A DNA stretch of 64,000 nt from contig CAWFXA010000001.1 in assembly GCA_963819655.1 (NCBI GenBank), positions 96,001 through 160,000 on the forward strand, given 5' to 3'. Of this stretch, positions 19,589 through 28,889 are shown piece by piece. This DNA is from an uncultured Chloroflexia bacterium (GTDB lineage: Bacteria; Chloroflexota; Limnocylindria; Limnocylindrales; CSP1-4). The translations under genes were made by a program, and so were the position numbers. How positions within the stretch are numbered: position 1 is the first letter of the stretch; each line of letters opens with the position of its first letter. The notes beneath the pieces were generated by a model, which searched no databases, had not been told where the DNA came from, and saw only the letters and a program-made list of their open reading frames with translations.

Positions 19589-19761
19589 TGTCCGGCGATC
19601 GTCCGTCTTCATGCCGTTGTTACGTGCCAGCGCACGTCCGTTGTCCGCCGGCTGAATGGCGACCGCGACATTTGGTCACGTACCGGGTGGTCACGTACCC
19701 GGGACGGGCACAGACCCAAGCTGTGCGGGTGAGATGCCCGCCAAGGGAAGGAGGCTTCTGG

Positions 19762-20043
19762 ATGAGCATCATCGCGTGGATCGTCCTCGGCGCCATCGCC
19801 GGCTATCTTGCCGGCTTCCTCGTCAAGGGTGACGAGGGCCTCGGGATCATCGGGCACATCGTGCTCGGTATCGTCGGCGCACTCGTCGGCGGGTTCCTGG
19901 CCGGGGCCCTGTTCAACAGCGATCCGATCAACGGACCGTTCGATATCCAGTCGATCGTCGTCGCGACGATCGGTGCGGTCATCACGGTCGTGGTCGTGGG
20001 CGCCGTGATGGGCCGGAGCCGCGTGGGTCGCGGCCCGGTCTGA
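19762..20043 (+). CDS. GlsB/YeaQ/YmgE family stress-response membrane protein
   Basis: MSIIAWIVLGAIAGYLA..G.GIIGHIVLGIVGALVGG..SIVVATIGAV; GGAGG SD. Confidence 0.9.
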   Translation: MSIIAWIVLGAIAGYLAGFLVKGDEGLGIIGHIVLGIVGALVGGFLAGALFNSDPINGPFDIQSIVVATIGAVITVVVVGAVMGRSRVGRGPV

Positions 20044-20080
20044 GCCCAGCACCGGGCGCCATAGCCCGGAGGCCCAAGGT

Positions 20081-20120
20081 GCGATGGAGCCCACCAGCCC
20101 GGTGGGCTCCATCGCTTTTT
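20081..20120 (+). terminator. Intrinsic terminator
   Basis: Perfect 15-bp stem GCGATGGAGCCCACC/GGTGGGCTCCATCGC followed by TTTTT. Confidence 0.8.
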
Positions 20121-20139
20121 CGGAAGGAGCATGAGTCGC

Positions 20140-20617
20140 GTGTCGACCATCGTGGAATCGATCGATGTCGCCGTCCCCGTCCGGACGGCGTATGACCAGT
20201 GGACCCAGTTCGAGGAGTTCCCGCACTTCATGGAGGGCGTGAAGAGCGTCAAGCAGCTCGACGACACGACGCTCGAATGGACGGCCGAGATCGCCGGCGT
20301 CGAGCGCTCGTGGACCGCCGAGATCACCGATCAGGAGCCCGGACCAGACGGTCGCCTGGCGGTCGACGAGCGGCGCCAAGAACGCGGGTCAGGTCACGTT
20401 CCAGCCGTTGGGCGACAACATGACCCGTATCACGCTCCAGCTCGAGGTCGAACCAGAGGGACCCGTGGAGACGCCGGGTGACGCGCTCGGCTTCGTCGAG
20501 CGGCAGGCCGAGGGCGACCTTCGCCGGTTCAAGGAGTTCATCGAGAAGCGCGGGACCCCGACCGGCGCCTGGCGCGGTGAGGTGGAACGTGGGACGACGG
20601 CGGGCTCGCGCGGCTAG
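20140..20617 (+). CDS. SRPBCC/polyketide cyclase family protein, apparent frameshift at 20338-20340
   Basis: ESIDVAVPVRTAYDQWTQFEEFPHFMEGV; removing one C gives QEPDQTVAWRSTSGAKNAGQVTF..GDLRRFKEFIE..GAWRGEV. Confidence 0.85.
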
Positions 20618-20991
20618 ATCGGCGAGCCGCGAGGCTCATGCAAGGGCGCGACGGCCTACAGGTTGGGCGACCGTGACGCCGTCCGCGTCACGCTGGGTAT
20701 GTGGCTCCTGTACCACTGGGGGTCCGGGAGCCACATACCCTCGACGGTGGACTCGGGCAACCGACCGGCCCGAAGGCAAAGCGTTGATATGCGTTTGTAA
20801 TGTCCATCGCGTGGCGCGTGGCGAGTCCGGGAGTTGCCCTCCCGTACGGTCAGCGCAACAGAAGACAACCACAAGGCGGGCGCTTGTGACGGGGCGCACC
20901 TCCTTTCGCACGGACGGTTCGGGTCCCCTCCCCGGGCCGTCCGTCGCCTTTCTATCGTCAAACGGATGGTCGGGGATTCTGGAGGTCTGAG

Positions 20992-21351
20992 ATGACGGCG
21001 ACGACAAGCCGCGGGGCGGGGAACAAGGACAAGGGCGCGGACGACAGGGCCGTCGACCGTGCGGCCACGACCGCAAAGCAAATGGCCGATACGGTGGCCG
21101 GGGTCGCGGGTGAGGTGAGCGCTCGGTTGCCGGAAGCTGCCGGCACGACGCGCGACGCGTTCCAGGAGGCGAGCCGGATGGTGCGCGCGGGCTCCGACGA
21201 GACCCTCAAGGTCGTCGGCGCCCTGTCGATCGGCTTCGCCGGCGGCCTGCTCCTGGGCGGCGCGCCACGGATCCTCGTGATCGCCTCCCTGGTGCCGGCG
21301 CTCCTCGTCGGCTCGGAGTTCGTCGATCGGAAGGGCATCGCGGCGAGCTGA
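20992..21351 (+). CDS. Hypothetical C-terminally anchored protein (ElaB/DUF883-like layout)
   Basis: GGAGGT SD; amphipathic A/T-rich helix followed by a hydrophobic tail. Family assignment is tentative. Confidence 0.6.
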   Translation: MTATTSRGAGNKDKGADDRAVDRAATTAKQMADTVAGVAGEVSARLPEAAGTTRDAFQEASRMVRAGSDETLKVVGALSIGFAGGLLLGGAPRILVIASLVPALLVGSEFVDRKGIAAS

Positions 21352-21481
21352 TCCTCGACCCGGGCTCAGTGCAACAGCGCTGATAGCGGGGGTGCCTGTG
21401 CCAAGCGACGGACCGCAATCCGTTCGGCCGTAGCGTCGGGGACGACCCCCCACACGTGGGGCCGCAGGAGGTACCGACACC

Positions 21482-21688
21482 ATGGATGACGCGAAGCGAG
21501 CCTACCGAGAGGCTGAGAACAAGACCAAGGAAGAGCTCCGCCGCGCCGACGGTGAGGAGAGCCTTTCCGACAAGGCCGCGAACGTCGGCGACGACATCCG
21601 ACAGGGACTCGGCAATGCCGGCGACGAGATCGACGAGCAGGTCGACAAGGCCAAGTTCCGCCAGGAGCATGGCAACGATCCGGTCTGA
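21482..21688 (+). CDS. Small hydrophilic CsbD/LEA-like protein
   Basis: AGGAGGT SD; highly charged MDDAKRAYREAENKTKE..DKAANVGDDIRQGLGNAGDE. Confidence 0.7.
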   Translation: MDDAKRAYREAENKTKEELRRADGEESLSDKAANVGDDIRQGLGNAGDEIDEQVDKAKFRQEHGNDPV

Positions 21689-21710
21689 CGACTGATCGCC
21701 TCAAGCGACG

Positions 21711-21741
21711 ACAGAGCCCCGGCCGATGGCCGGGGCTCTGT
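21711..21741. terminator. Bidirectional hairpin between convergent genes
   Basis: ACAGAGCCCCGGCC-GAT-GGCCGGGGCTCTGT perfect 14-bp stem. Confidence 0.7.
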
Positions 21742-22821
21742 CACGTCGCCGGGGTCCCGTCGCGCCCGCTGGGCGCGCTGACGGAGCAGCCGGACGATGG
21801 CACGCTCCTCATCGCGGTCGGACCCGACCGGTGGCTCCTCCTGCTCCTCGGCAGCATCGACGAGGGTGCCCGGCAGGCTCCCGTCGAGATACGCCTCGAG
21901 CACGGCGGGATGGACGTAGCTGCCGCGGGCCACGGCCGGGGTATTTCCGAGCCTCGCGGCGGTCCGTCGCATCGCCTCCACGACATTGCGTCGGGCCGCC
22001 GGACCGTGCTGCTCGGGCTGGAGCGAACGGAGCGCGCGGTACGCCAGGAGCGTCCCGGCCCACGTGCGGAAGTCCTTGGCGGTGAAATCGCCGCCAGACG
22101 CCTCGCGCAGGTAGTCGTTGACGTCGTCGGACGTGACGTCGCGGACCTCGCCGTCGTCGTCGACGTAAGCGAAAAGGGCCTGCCCCGGCAGCTCCTGGCA
22201 GCGCCGGACGATCGATGCGAGACGACGGTCGCGCACGTCGACCTCGTGCATGGCGCCCGCCTTCCCGCGGAAGCGGAACCGCACGCTGGACCCCTCGATC
22301 CGGGCGTGCCGCCCCCGCATCGTCGTCAGCCCGAACGAGCGATTGACGCGTGCGTACTCCTCGTTGCCGACACGGATCAAGCTCAGCTCGAGCAACCGCA
22401 CGACCGTCGCGAGCACCTTGTCTCGCGACAGGCGCTTCGAGGCCAGGTCCTGCCGGCAGCGCCGCCGGATCCGCGGCAGCGCGCCGGCGAAGTCGAGCAT
22501 CCGCTCGAAGTTGTCGGCACCGCGCCGCTTGCGCCACCTCGCGTGATAGCGGTACTGCTTCCGACCGCGAGCGTCGCGACCAGTCGCCTGGAGATGGCCG
22601 TTCGGCCACGGGCAGATCCAGACATCGGTCCAGGCCGGTGGGATCGCGAGAGCGGCGATGCGCGCGCGGACGTCCGCATCCCGGATCGTCGCGCCGTCGG
22701 CGTCGCGGTAGGTAAAGCCGCGACCGGACCGGCGCCGGCCCCAACCGGGCCAGGCGTCGGTCGAATAGCGCAGTCCGCTGGCGCGCGCTGCGCCGCGGGC
22801 CTCGTCTGTCGACATCGACAT
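21741..22821 (-). CDS. Bacterial DNA topoisomerase IB
   Basis: IPPAWTDVWIC..GHLQATGRDARGRKQYRYH, IRVGNEEY, SFGLTT, FRGKAG, FTAKDFRTW, LGNTPAVARGSYVHP (catalytic Tyr). As sequenced the ORF runs to 21502 through a terminator and an opposing gene; removing one base gives a stop at 21741. Confidence 0.88.
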
Positions 22822-23034
22822 GGCGGCACGGTAGTGGCGCAGGCGTCACGACGGGACCGCTGCGAGACCTTCGCCACATGCCTGCAATCTCGCATCACGG
22901 CGGCACCGACCTCCCGATAGGGGCCCGTTCGGATACTCCGTCCAGTCCCGTCGCGACACGAAGTTCTTTGGGGATCGTCGCGATGGGACAACTATTTCCC
23001 GACGGAGCCCAGCCGCGCAGGAGACCCTTCAGGC

Positions 23035-24000
23035 ATGCAGCACGCAGTCACCATGGAGCGCCTGACGAAACGGTTCGGCGACGACATCGCTGTCGACGGC
23101 ATCACGCTGGCCGTGGCGCCGGGGACCATCGTCGGCGTCATCGGTCCGTCCGGGGCCGGCAAGACGACGCTTGTCCGTCTCATGACCGGCGCCCTGACGC
23201 CCTCGGACGGCGAGGTCCGGGTCATGGGCGAGGATCCGCTCCAGTTTCGCCGGGAGACCCGCGAGCGCATCGGCTACATGCCCCAGTCATTCGCGCTCTA
23301 CCCCGACCTGACCACGCGCGAGAACGTCGACTTCGTCGCCTCGCTCTTCGGCCTGTTGTGGTGGCGCCGGCGGCGCCGGACGCGCGAGGTACTCCAATGG
23401 GTCGATCTGTGGGATGTCCGTGGACGACGCGCGGGCCGGCTGTCGGGTGGCATGCAGCGGCGGCTCGAGCTAGCCTCCGCGCTCGTCCACGACCCGACGA
23501 TCGCGTTCCTGGACGAGCCGACGGCAGGCATCGATCCCCTCCTCCGGGCCACGATCTGGGCAGAGCTCGACCGGCTCCGGGATCAGGGCCGCACGCTTCT
23601 CGTGACGACCCAGTACGTCAACGAGGCCGAGCAATGCGACGCGGTGCTGTTGATCTCCGAAGGGCGGGTCATCGCCACGGGCACGCCCGCTCAGCTGCGA
23701 CGCATCGCGATCGGTGGTGACGAGGTCGTGATCGATACCCGCGAGCCGGTCGACGCCTCCGTCCTGCGGGACGTGCCCGATGTCCGCCGGCTGGAGCAGC
23801 GCGGCCCGACCCAGGTCCGCGTCACCGTGGCGGACAGCTCCGCGACGCTGCCCGACATCGTCGAGGCGATCACCGCGACGGGCGGCGAGGTGGTCAGCGC
23901 GGCCGAGACGCGGCCCTCGTTCGACGAGGTCTTCGCGCTCCTGGTCGAGCGCAACCGCGCCGAGCGCGCATCCGAAGACGACGCCGGCAAGGCCGCCTGA
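23035..24000 (+). CDS. ABC transporter ATP-binding protein (ABC-2/DrrA type)
   Basis: GPSGAGKTT, LSGGMQRR, LDEPTAGIDP. Confidence 0.9.
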   Translation: MQHAVTMERLTKRFGDDIAVDGITLAVAPGTIVGVIGPSGAGKTTLVRLMTGALTPSDGEVRVMGEDPLQFRRETRERIGYMPQSFALYPDLTTRENVDFVASLFGLLWWRRRRRTREVLQWVDLWDVRGRRAGRLSGGMQRRLELASALVHDPTIAFLDEPTAGIDPLLRATIWAELDRLRDQGRTLLVTTQYVNEAEQCDAVLLISEGRVIATGTPAQLRRIAIGGDEVVIDTREPVDASVLRDVPDVRRLEQRGPTQVRVTVADSSATLPDIVEAITATGGEVVSAAETRPSFDEVFALLVERNRAERASEDDAGKAA

Positions 24001-24001
24001 C

Positions 24002-25195
24002 ATGCATGCCCCGCTGGCGGTCATCTGGCGTCTGCTCGCGTTCGTCGGCAAGGAGCTCATCGAGACCATCCGCCGACCGGGTGCCCTGGTGAGCCTCGTG
24101 CTGGGCCCGTTCCTGATCATGGCCGTCTTCGGCGCGGGCTTCAGCGGCGTCCGCCGACCGCTCGAGACGCTGATCGTCGTCCCCGGCACGAGCGGGCTGC
24201 CCACCGACACGGCGCAGTACCAGCAACTCGCCGGCCCACCCCTGCACATCGCCGAGGTTGTCATCGACCGGGCCGAGGCCGAAGCTCGGTTGCTCGCGGG
24301 CCAGGTCGACGTCGTCGTGGTCGCTCCGGCGGACCCGGAAGCGGCATTCCGAGGAGGCCAGCGCTCGGTCATCGACGTCCTCGTCGATCAGACCGACCCG
24401 GTCGAGGAGAACTACGCGAGCGTCCTCGCGCACACGCTCGCCGATGCCGTCAACCAACAGCTCATCGAACAGGCGGTCGAGGAAGGCAAGGGCTACGTCG
24501 TCGAGGCCGGGAATGCAGCGGCGGCGGCCATCCCGGCAGATGTCGTGGCGGCTCCCACGGAGGCGCAGCTGACCAACCTGGCGCCCACCACGCCCACCGT
24601 GACCTCCTTCTTCGGGCCGGCCGTCCTGGCCCTGATCCTGCAGCATCTGGCCGTGACGCTCGTCTCGATGTCACTCGTCCGCGAGCGACAGAGCGGGGTG
24701 ATGGAGCTGTTCCGCATCTCGCCGGTCACGGCGGCCGAGGTGATCGCCGGGAAGGTCCTGGCCTTCGGCATCCTCGGGTTCGTCGTGGCGGGCCTGACCA
24801 TGACGCTGCTCGTCGTAGGACTTGGGGTGCCATCCCTCGCGGATCCGGGCTACCTGGCGCTCGCCATCGGGCTCCTGCTGCTCGCCTCGCTCGGGCTGGG
24901 CCTGCTGATCGCCGTCGTCTCCGATTCGGAGCGGCAGGCGGTCCAGCTCTCCCTCCTCGTGCTCCTGGCGTCGGTGTTCTTCAGCGGGTTCGTCCTGGCG
25001 GTCGATCAATTCACGCCGCCGGTCCGCGCGCTGGCGTACGCGCTGCCGGTCACCCATGGGATCCAGCTGCTCCAGGACTTCATGCTGCGCGGCTCGACGA
25101 CGCACCTGTGGCAGGTGGGCGCGCTGGGTGCCATCGCACTGGTCACGCTCGTCCTCGCCTGGCTGGGTCTGCGTCGGGGGATGAGAACAGCCTGA
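24002..25195 (+). CDS. ABC-2 type permease
   Basis: KELIETIRRP, SLVRERQSGVME, FFSGF..LPVTHG; N-terminal TM, extracellular loop, several TMs. Confidence 0.85.
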   Translation: MHAPLAVIWRLLAFVGKELIETIRRPGALVSLVLGPFLIMAVFGAGFSGVRRPLETLIVVPGTSGLPTDTAQYQQLAGPPLHIAEVVIDRAEAEARLLAGQVDVVVVAPADPEAAFRGGQRSVIDVLVDQTDPVEENYASVLAHTLADAVNQQLIEQAVEEGKGYVVEAGNAAAAAIPADVVAAPTEAQLTNLAPTTPTVTSFFGPAVLALILQHLAVTLVSMSLVRERQSGVMELFRISPVTAAEVIAGKVLAFGILGFVVAGLTMTLLVVGLGVPSLADPGYLALAIGLLLLASLGLGLLIAVVSDSERQAVQLSLLVLLASVFFSGFVLAVDQFTPPVRALAYALPVTHGIQLLQDFMLRGSTTHLWQVGALGAIALVTLVLAWLGLRRGMRTA

Positions 25196-25244
25196 TCGCA
25201 CGTCTCAGCGCTGGCCCGGCGCTACCACGGCACAGCAAGCCGTG

Positions 25245-25760
25245 TCAGCAGTCGAACGCAAACCAGCACAACTCGTTGCGCAGCCGCTGATCGTCGAGCA
25301 CGAGGTCTCGGATCTCGCGGGGGAGTCGGGCGCGCTGCCACTGGCACTCCAAACGGCTGGCCGCCATGCCCTCGTCCCCTGGCGCCGCCGCCCGCGCGGC
25401 CCTGATCGCGTAGGCCGCAGCACCCAGCTCATGGGCCGCCACATGGCCCACCGCCGCCGCCTGGCCCGCAGCGTACGCGGCATGCCGTGCTGCCCCACGC
25501 AGGTCTCTGGCCGCGGCGTTTGCATGGCCGGCCGCCGTGCGCGCCTCCGCCCACGTGATCTCACCCCGCGCCCAGGCACGCCCGAGGTCGATCGCCCGAC
25601 GTGGACGGTCGTCCTTCGGCCGTACCCCCTCGAAGAGGTGGAGCACGTGCTCCGCGCAGTCAGCCGCCCACATCGCGAGAAGACGATGATCGTCGTCCTG
25701 GAGGGTCCCGCCGCGACGCACGGTGATGAACCGCGGATCCCGGATCTTGGGGAGGATCAC
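25245..25760 (-). CDS. Imm5-like putative immunity protein
   Basis: HRLLAMWAADCAEHVL..F...PKDDRPRRAI..AAGQAAAVGHVAAHELGAAAYA..ECQWQ. Confidence 0.65.
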   Translation of the reverse strand: MILPKIRDPRFITVRRGGTLQDDDHRLLAMWAADCAEHVLHLFEGVRPKDDRPRRAIDLGRAWARGEITWAEARTAAGHANAAARDLRGAARHAAYAAGQAAAVGHVAAHELGAAAYAIRAARAAAPGDEGMAASRLECQWQRARLPREIRDLVLDDQRLRNELCWFAFDC

Positions 25761-25842
25761 CAGTTTGCCCGTTTCGCTCGTTGCGATCGGCTACGGGTTC
25801 GGAGCGAGCGGGGCCGCGGACCGCGCTGCCACCCTCGATCGA

Positions 25843-26976
25843 CTAGCGAGCGACGACGGGTTCGGGCTCCTCGGTCGTCTCATGCGCCCCGTTGCCGGAC
25901 ACGACATCGCTCGTCGAGCGACCGCTCTCCGGGCTCGCGAGCATCGATCCGTAGATCTTCTCGTAGCCGTCGGTCATCCTCTCGACGGAGAAGCGATCGA
26001 TGACCGATTCGCGGATCGCCTCTCGGTCCAGGTCATCCACCCGGTCGACCTTGAAGGCCATCGCCGTCACGTCGTCTCCCAGGAAGCCATCGATGCCGTC
26101 GCGCACGATCTCCGGGAGTGCGCCACTGCGTCGTGCGATCACCGGCGTGCCGCACGCCAGTGCCTCGATGGCCACGAGCCCGAATGGCTCTGGCCACGAC
26201 CCGGGCATCAGGACTGCATGGCTCTCCGCGAACAGCAGGTCCCGATCCGCCTGGGAGATCTCCCCGACATATTCGACGCTGCTGCCGGCTGCCTTGAGCG
26301 CTGGCATGAAGACCTCGTCGTAGTACTCGCGCTCGACGCCGCCGGCGGCGACCTTTGCCGCGATGCGCAACGGGCGTCCGGCCGCCTTGGCCACCTCGAT
26401 CGCGTCGACGATGCCCTTCTCGGGTGCCACCCGCCCAACGAAGCACAGGGCGTCGGTCCGTCGGCGGCCGAAAGGCGAGTCGGACAGTCGGAGGCCGTTG
26501 TAGACGATGCCTGCCCACGGGAGGTCGGGGTGCGTCGAGGCCTGGCTCTTGCTGATGGCCACCAGCCCGCGTGGGGGATCGACCAGCAGCGCATCGGCCC
26601 ATGGCAGGTCCAGGCGTCCATGGAAGGTCGAGACCACCGGGATCGGGCTGACACGCGCCAGGAGCAGGCTCATCCACTCGAGGTGGCTGTGGATGACATC
26701 GAACTCGTCGACGTGCGCGAGGACCTGCTGCACGGTCTGCTGAAAGTACGGCAGTGAGTCGCCCGTGTAGCCGAGCGGTCGGAGCGCCTCTGGGACCGTC
26801 TCGATGTGCCGCCCGGGCACCACGGAGTCGCCGCTCGCGAAGGTCGTGATCTCGCGACCCCGCCGGTCGAGCTCCGTCACGAGGCCATGGACGATCCGCT
26901 CGGTCCCCCCGTATGCCTGGGGTGGGACGCGTTCGAAAGGCGGAGCGACCTGGGCGATGCGGAAGGGGCGTGACAT
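25843..26976 (-). CDS. Glycosyltransferase family 4 protein
   Basis: IAQVAPPFERVPP..YGGTER, GRVAPEKG, WPEPFGLVAIEALACGTPV. Confidence 0.9.
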   Translation of the reverse strand: MSRPFRIAQVAPPFERVPPQAYGGTERIVHGLVTELDRRGREITTFASGDSVVPGRHIETVPEALRPLGYTGDSLPYFQQTVQQVLAHVDEFDVIHSHLEWMSLLLARVSPIPVVSTFHGRLDLPWADALLVDPPRGLVAISKSQASTHPDLPWAGIVYNGLRLSDSPFGRRRTDALCFVGRVAPEKGIVDAIEVAKAAGRPLRIAAKVAAGGVEREYYDEVFMPALKAAGSSVEYVGEISQADRDLLFAESHAVLMPGSWPEPFGLVAIEALACGTPVIARRSGALPEIVRDGIDGFLGDDVTAMAFKVDRVDDLDREAIRESVIDRFSVERMTDGYEKIYGSMLASPESGRSTSDVVSGNGAHETTEEPEPVVAR

Positions 26977-27227
26977 CGAAAAGTTCCTCGAGACGTGGCG
27001 ACCGGAAACCCCGACAGAGCGGGGCTCGCGGTCAGTGTCGCACTCCCGGTCGAAGAGCGGGCCGAGCGTCAGCCTGATTTCAGCGGTTCTCGCCGGCCTC
27101 CCGGACGATTCCGTGGCGTCCAGCCTCGCGCAGGGGCCATCCACGGCGTTCCGTCCTCGGGGTCGGGAGCGTTGCGGGAGGCTCTCAGCGGTCTGGTCCA
27201 TAATCCGGTGCGCACGGAGGCCCAGAC

Positions 27228-28889
27228 GTGACGGAGGATGGAGCGGCCGGACAGGCCCAGGGGGTGGCGTCCCGAGCCTCTGGTCGGGCGAAGGGGGAGA
27301 TCGCCCGGGTTCGCGAGGTCCGCTTCGGCACGGGCCAGGCGGTGCTGGTCGGACTCTTCCTCGGCTGGCTCGCGATCGCCACCAAGGCCGCGATCAACGA
27401 GGCGATCGCGAGCGACACCGGGTACGTCCTGTTGATGGCGGCTGCCGTGATCGCCGCGTGGTTCGGTGGCTTCGCGGGCGGCCTGACGACGGTCGCCACG
27501 GCGGCCGTCCTCAATGGCGTGGTGTTTCTCGGCAACGATCCCCCGTCCGAGGCCGGCGTCGACCAGTTCCGCCAGGCGCTGTACCTCGTGACGGCGTCCG
27601 TCACGGCCATCCTCGTCGCGTCGCGACGTGCGGACCGGGACGGCCTGGTCGATGCGCTCGCGGAGGTGTCAGCGCTCGCCGAAGAGGTCGAGGCGCGCGA
27701 CAAGCGCATCGAGCTGATGCTGGCGGCGTCGGGCACCGGCTTCTGGGAGTGGGACATGGTGTCCGACGAGCTCACCTGGTCCGAGGCCATCTATCGACAG
27801 CACGGGATGGAGCCCGGGCACCAGGCGCCGGACTACGGGGCGTACATCGACACGATCCATCCCGACGACCGGGCTACGTTCGAGAGCGCGGTCGCCGCCG
27901 CCGCCGATGGCTCCGATTCGTTCGAGCTCGAATTCCGGATCGTGTGGCCCGACGGCTCCGTGCATTGGACGCACGGCGCCGGTCGCGTCCTGCGCGATGA
28001 CCAGGCTCGACCGGTCCGCATGATCGGCACCGGCCAGGACATCACCGAACGGCGCCGGCTGGTCGAGGACCGCGACCGGTTGCTCGCCGACGAGCGCAAG
28101 GCGGGCGAGTTCCGGGAGGCCTTCATTGACGTCATCAGCCACGAGCTGCGCACGCCCATCACCACGATCCTCGGGCTGGCCCAGATCCTGGCCCGCCCCG
28201 GCCGAGCGGATGACGAGGCCTCTCGGATGGCGCTCCTCGAAGACGTCCGCTCCGAATCGGAGCGCCTGCACCGGTTGGTCGAGGACCTGCTCGTGCTGAG
28301 CCGCGTGGAACGTGGCCGACTCGATGTCGAAGCCGAGCCTCTCGAGCCACGCCGGTTGCTCGAACGGATCGTGACCCACGAAGCACGCGAGCTCCCGAGC
28401 ATCACGGTAGGTACCGACTTCGAGCGCGACCTGCCGATCGTCGCGGGCGAGTCGACCTACGTGGAGCAGATCGTTCGCAACCTTCTCAACAACGCGGCCA
28501 AGTACACGCCACCCGGCAGCCTCGTGACGGTCTCGGCTCGCGAGCGGGACGGCGCGGTCGAGGTCCGGGTCGTGGATGACGGCCCAGGCATCCCGCCCAC
28601 GTCGCTCGAACGGATCTTCGAGCTGTTTTACCGCGATCCTGACAGTTCGCGGGCCGTGGCCGGATCCGGTATCGGTCTGTTCGTGTGTGCCAGTCTCGTC
28701 GAGGCGATGGGCGGCCGCATCTGGGCACGCCGGCCGCCCGAGGGCGGCTCGGAGATCGGGTTCACGCTGCGTGCATTGGAGCCCGACTCGTCCGACGCTG
28801 ACGTGGCCGCCATCGACGGGCCTGCGGACACGCCGGCGCCGTCCGGGGCGACGCCGGTCCTCACGGAGGGATCCAAGCCAGCCGGATGA
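27228..28889 (+). CDS. Membrane sensor histidine kinase (DUF4118-like TM region + PAS), orphan
   Basis: Four TMs, PAS (IHPDDR, EFRIVWPDGSVHW, DITERR), SHELRTP, NLLNNAAKY, DDGPGI, GSGIGL. Confidence 0.9.
   Translation: MTEDGAAGQAQGVASRASGRAKGEIARVREVRFGTGQAVLVGLFLGWLAIATKAAINEAIASDTGYVLLMAAAVIAAWFGGFAGGLTTVATAAVLNGVVFLGNDPPSEAGVDQFRQALYLVTASVTAILVASRRADRDGLVDALAEVSALAEEVEARDKRIELMLAASGTGFWEWDMVSDELTWSEAIYRQHGMEPGHQAPDYGAYIDTIHPDDRATFESAVAAAADGSDSFELEFRIVWPDGSVHWTHGAGRVLRDDQARPVRMIGTGQDITERRRLVEDRDRLLADERKAGEFREAFIDVISHELRTPITTILGLAQILARPGRADDEASRMALLEDVRSESERLHRLVEDLLVLSRVERGRLDVEAEPLEPRRLLERIVTHEARELPSITVGTDFERDLPIVAGESTYVEQIVRNLLNNAAKYTPPGSLVTVSARERDGAVEVRVVDDGPGIPPTSLERIFELFYRDPDSSRAVAGSGIGLFVCASLVEAMGGRIWARRPPEGGSEIGFTLRALEPDSSDADVAAIDGPADTPAPSGATPVLTEGSKPAG

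Noticed and set aside
20753-20785. GGGCAA...GCAAAGC resembling a c-di-GMP-I riboswitch
   Set aside because: It lacks the GNRA-capped P2 stem and the correct spacing.
20896-20907. CACCTCCTTTC resembling the 16S rRNA 3' end
   Set aside because: No other rRNA sequence is present; treated as an anti-SD motif. The reverse-strand SD has no well-spaced start codon.
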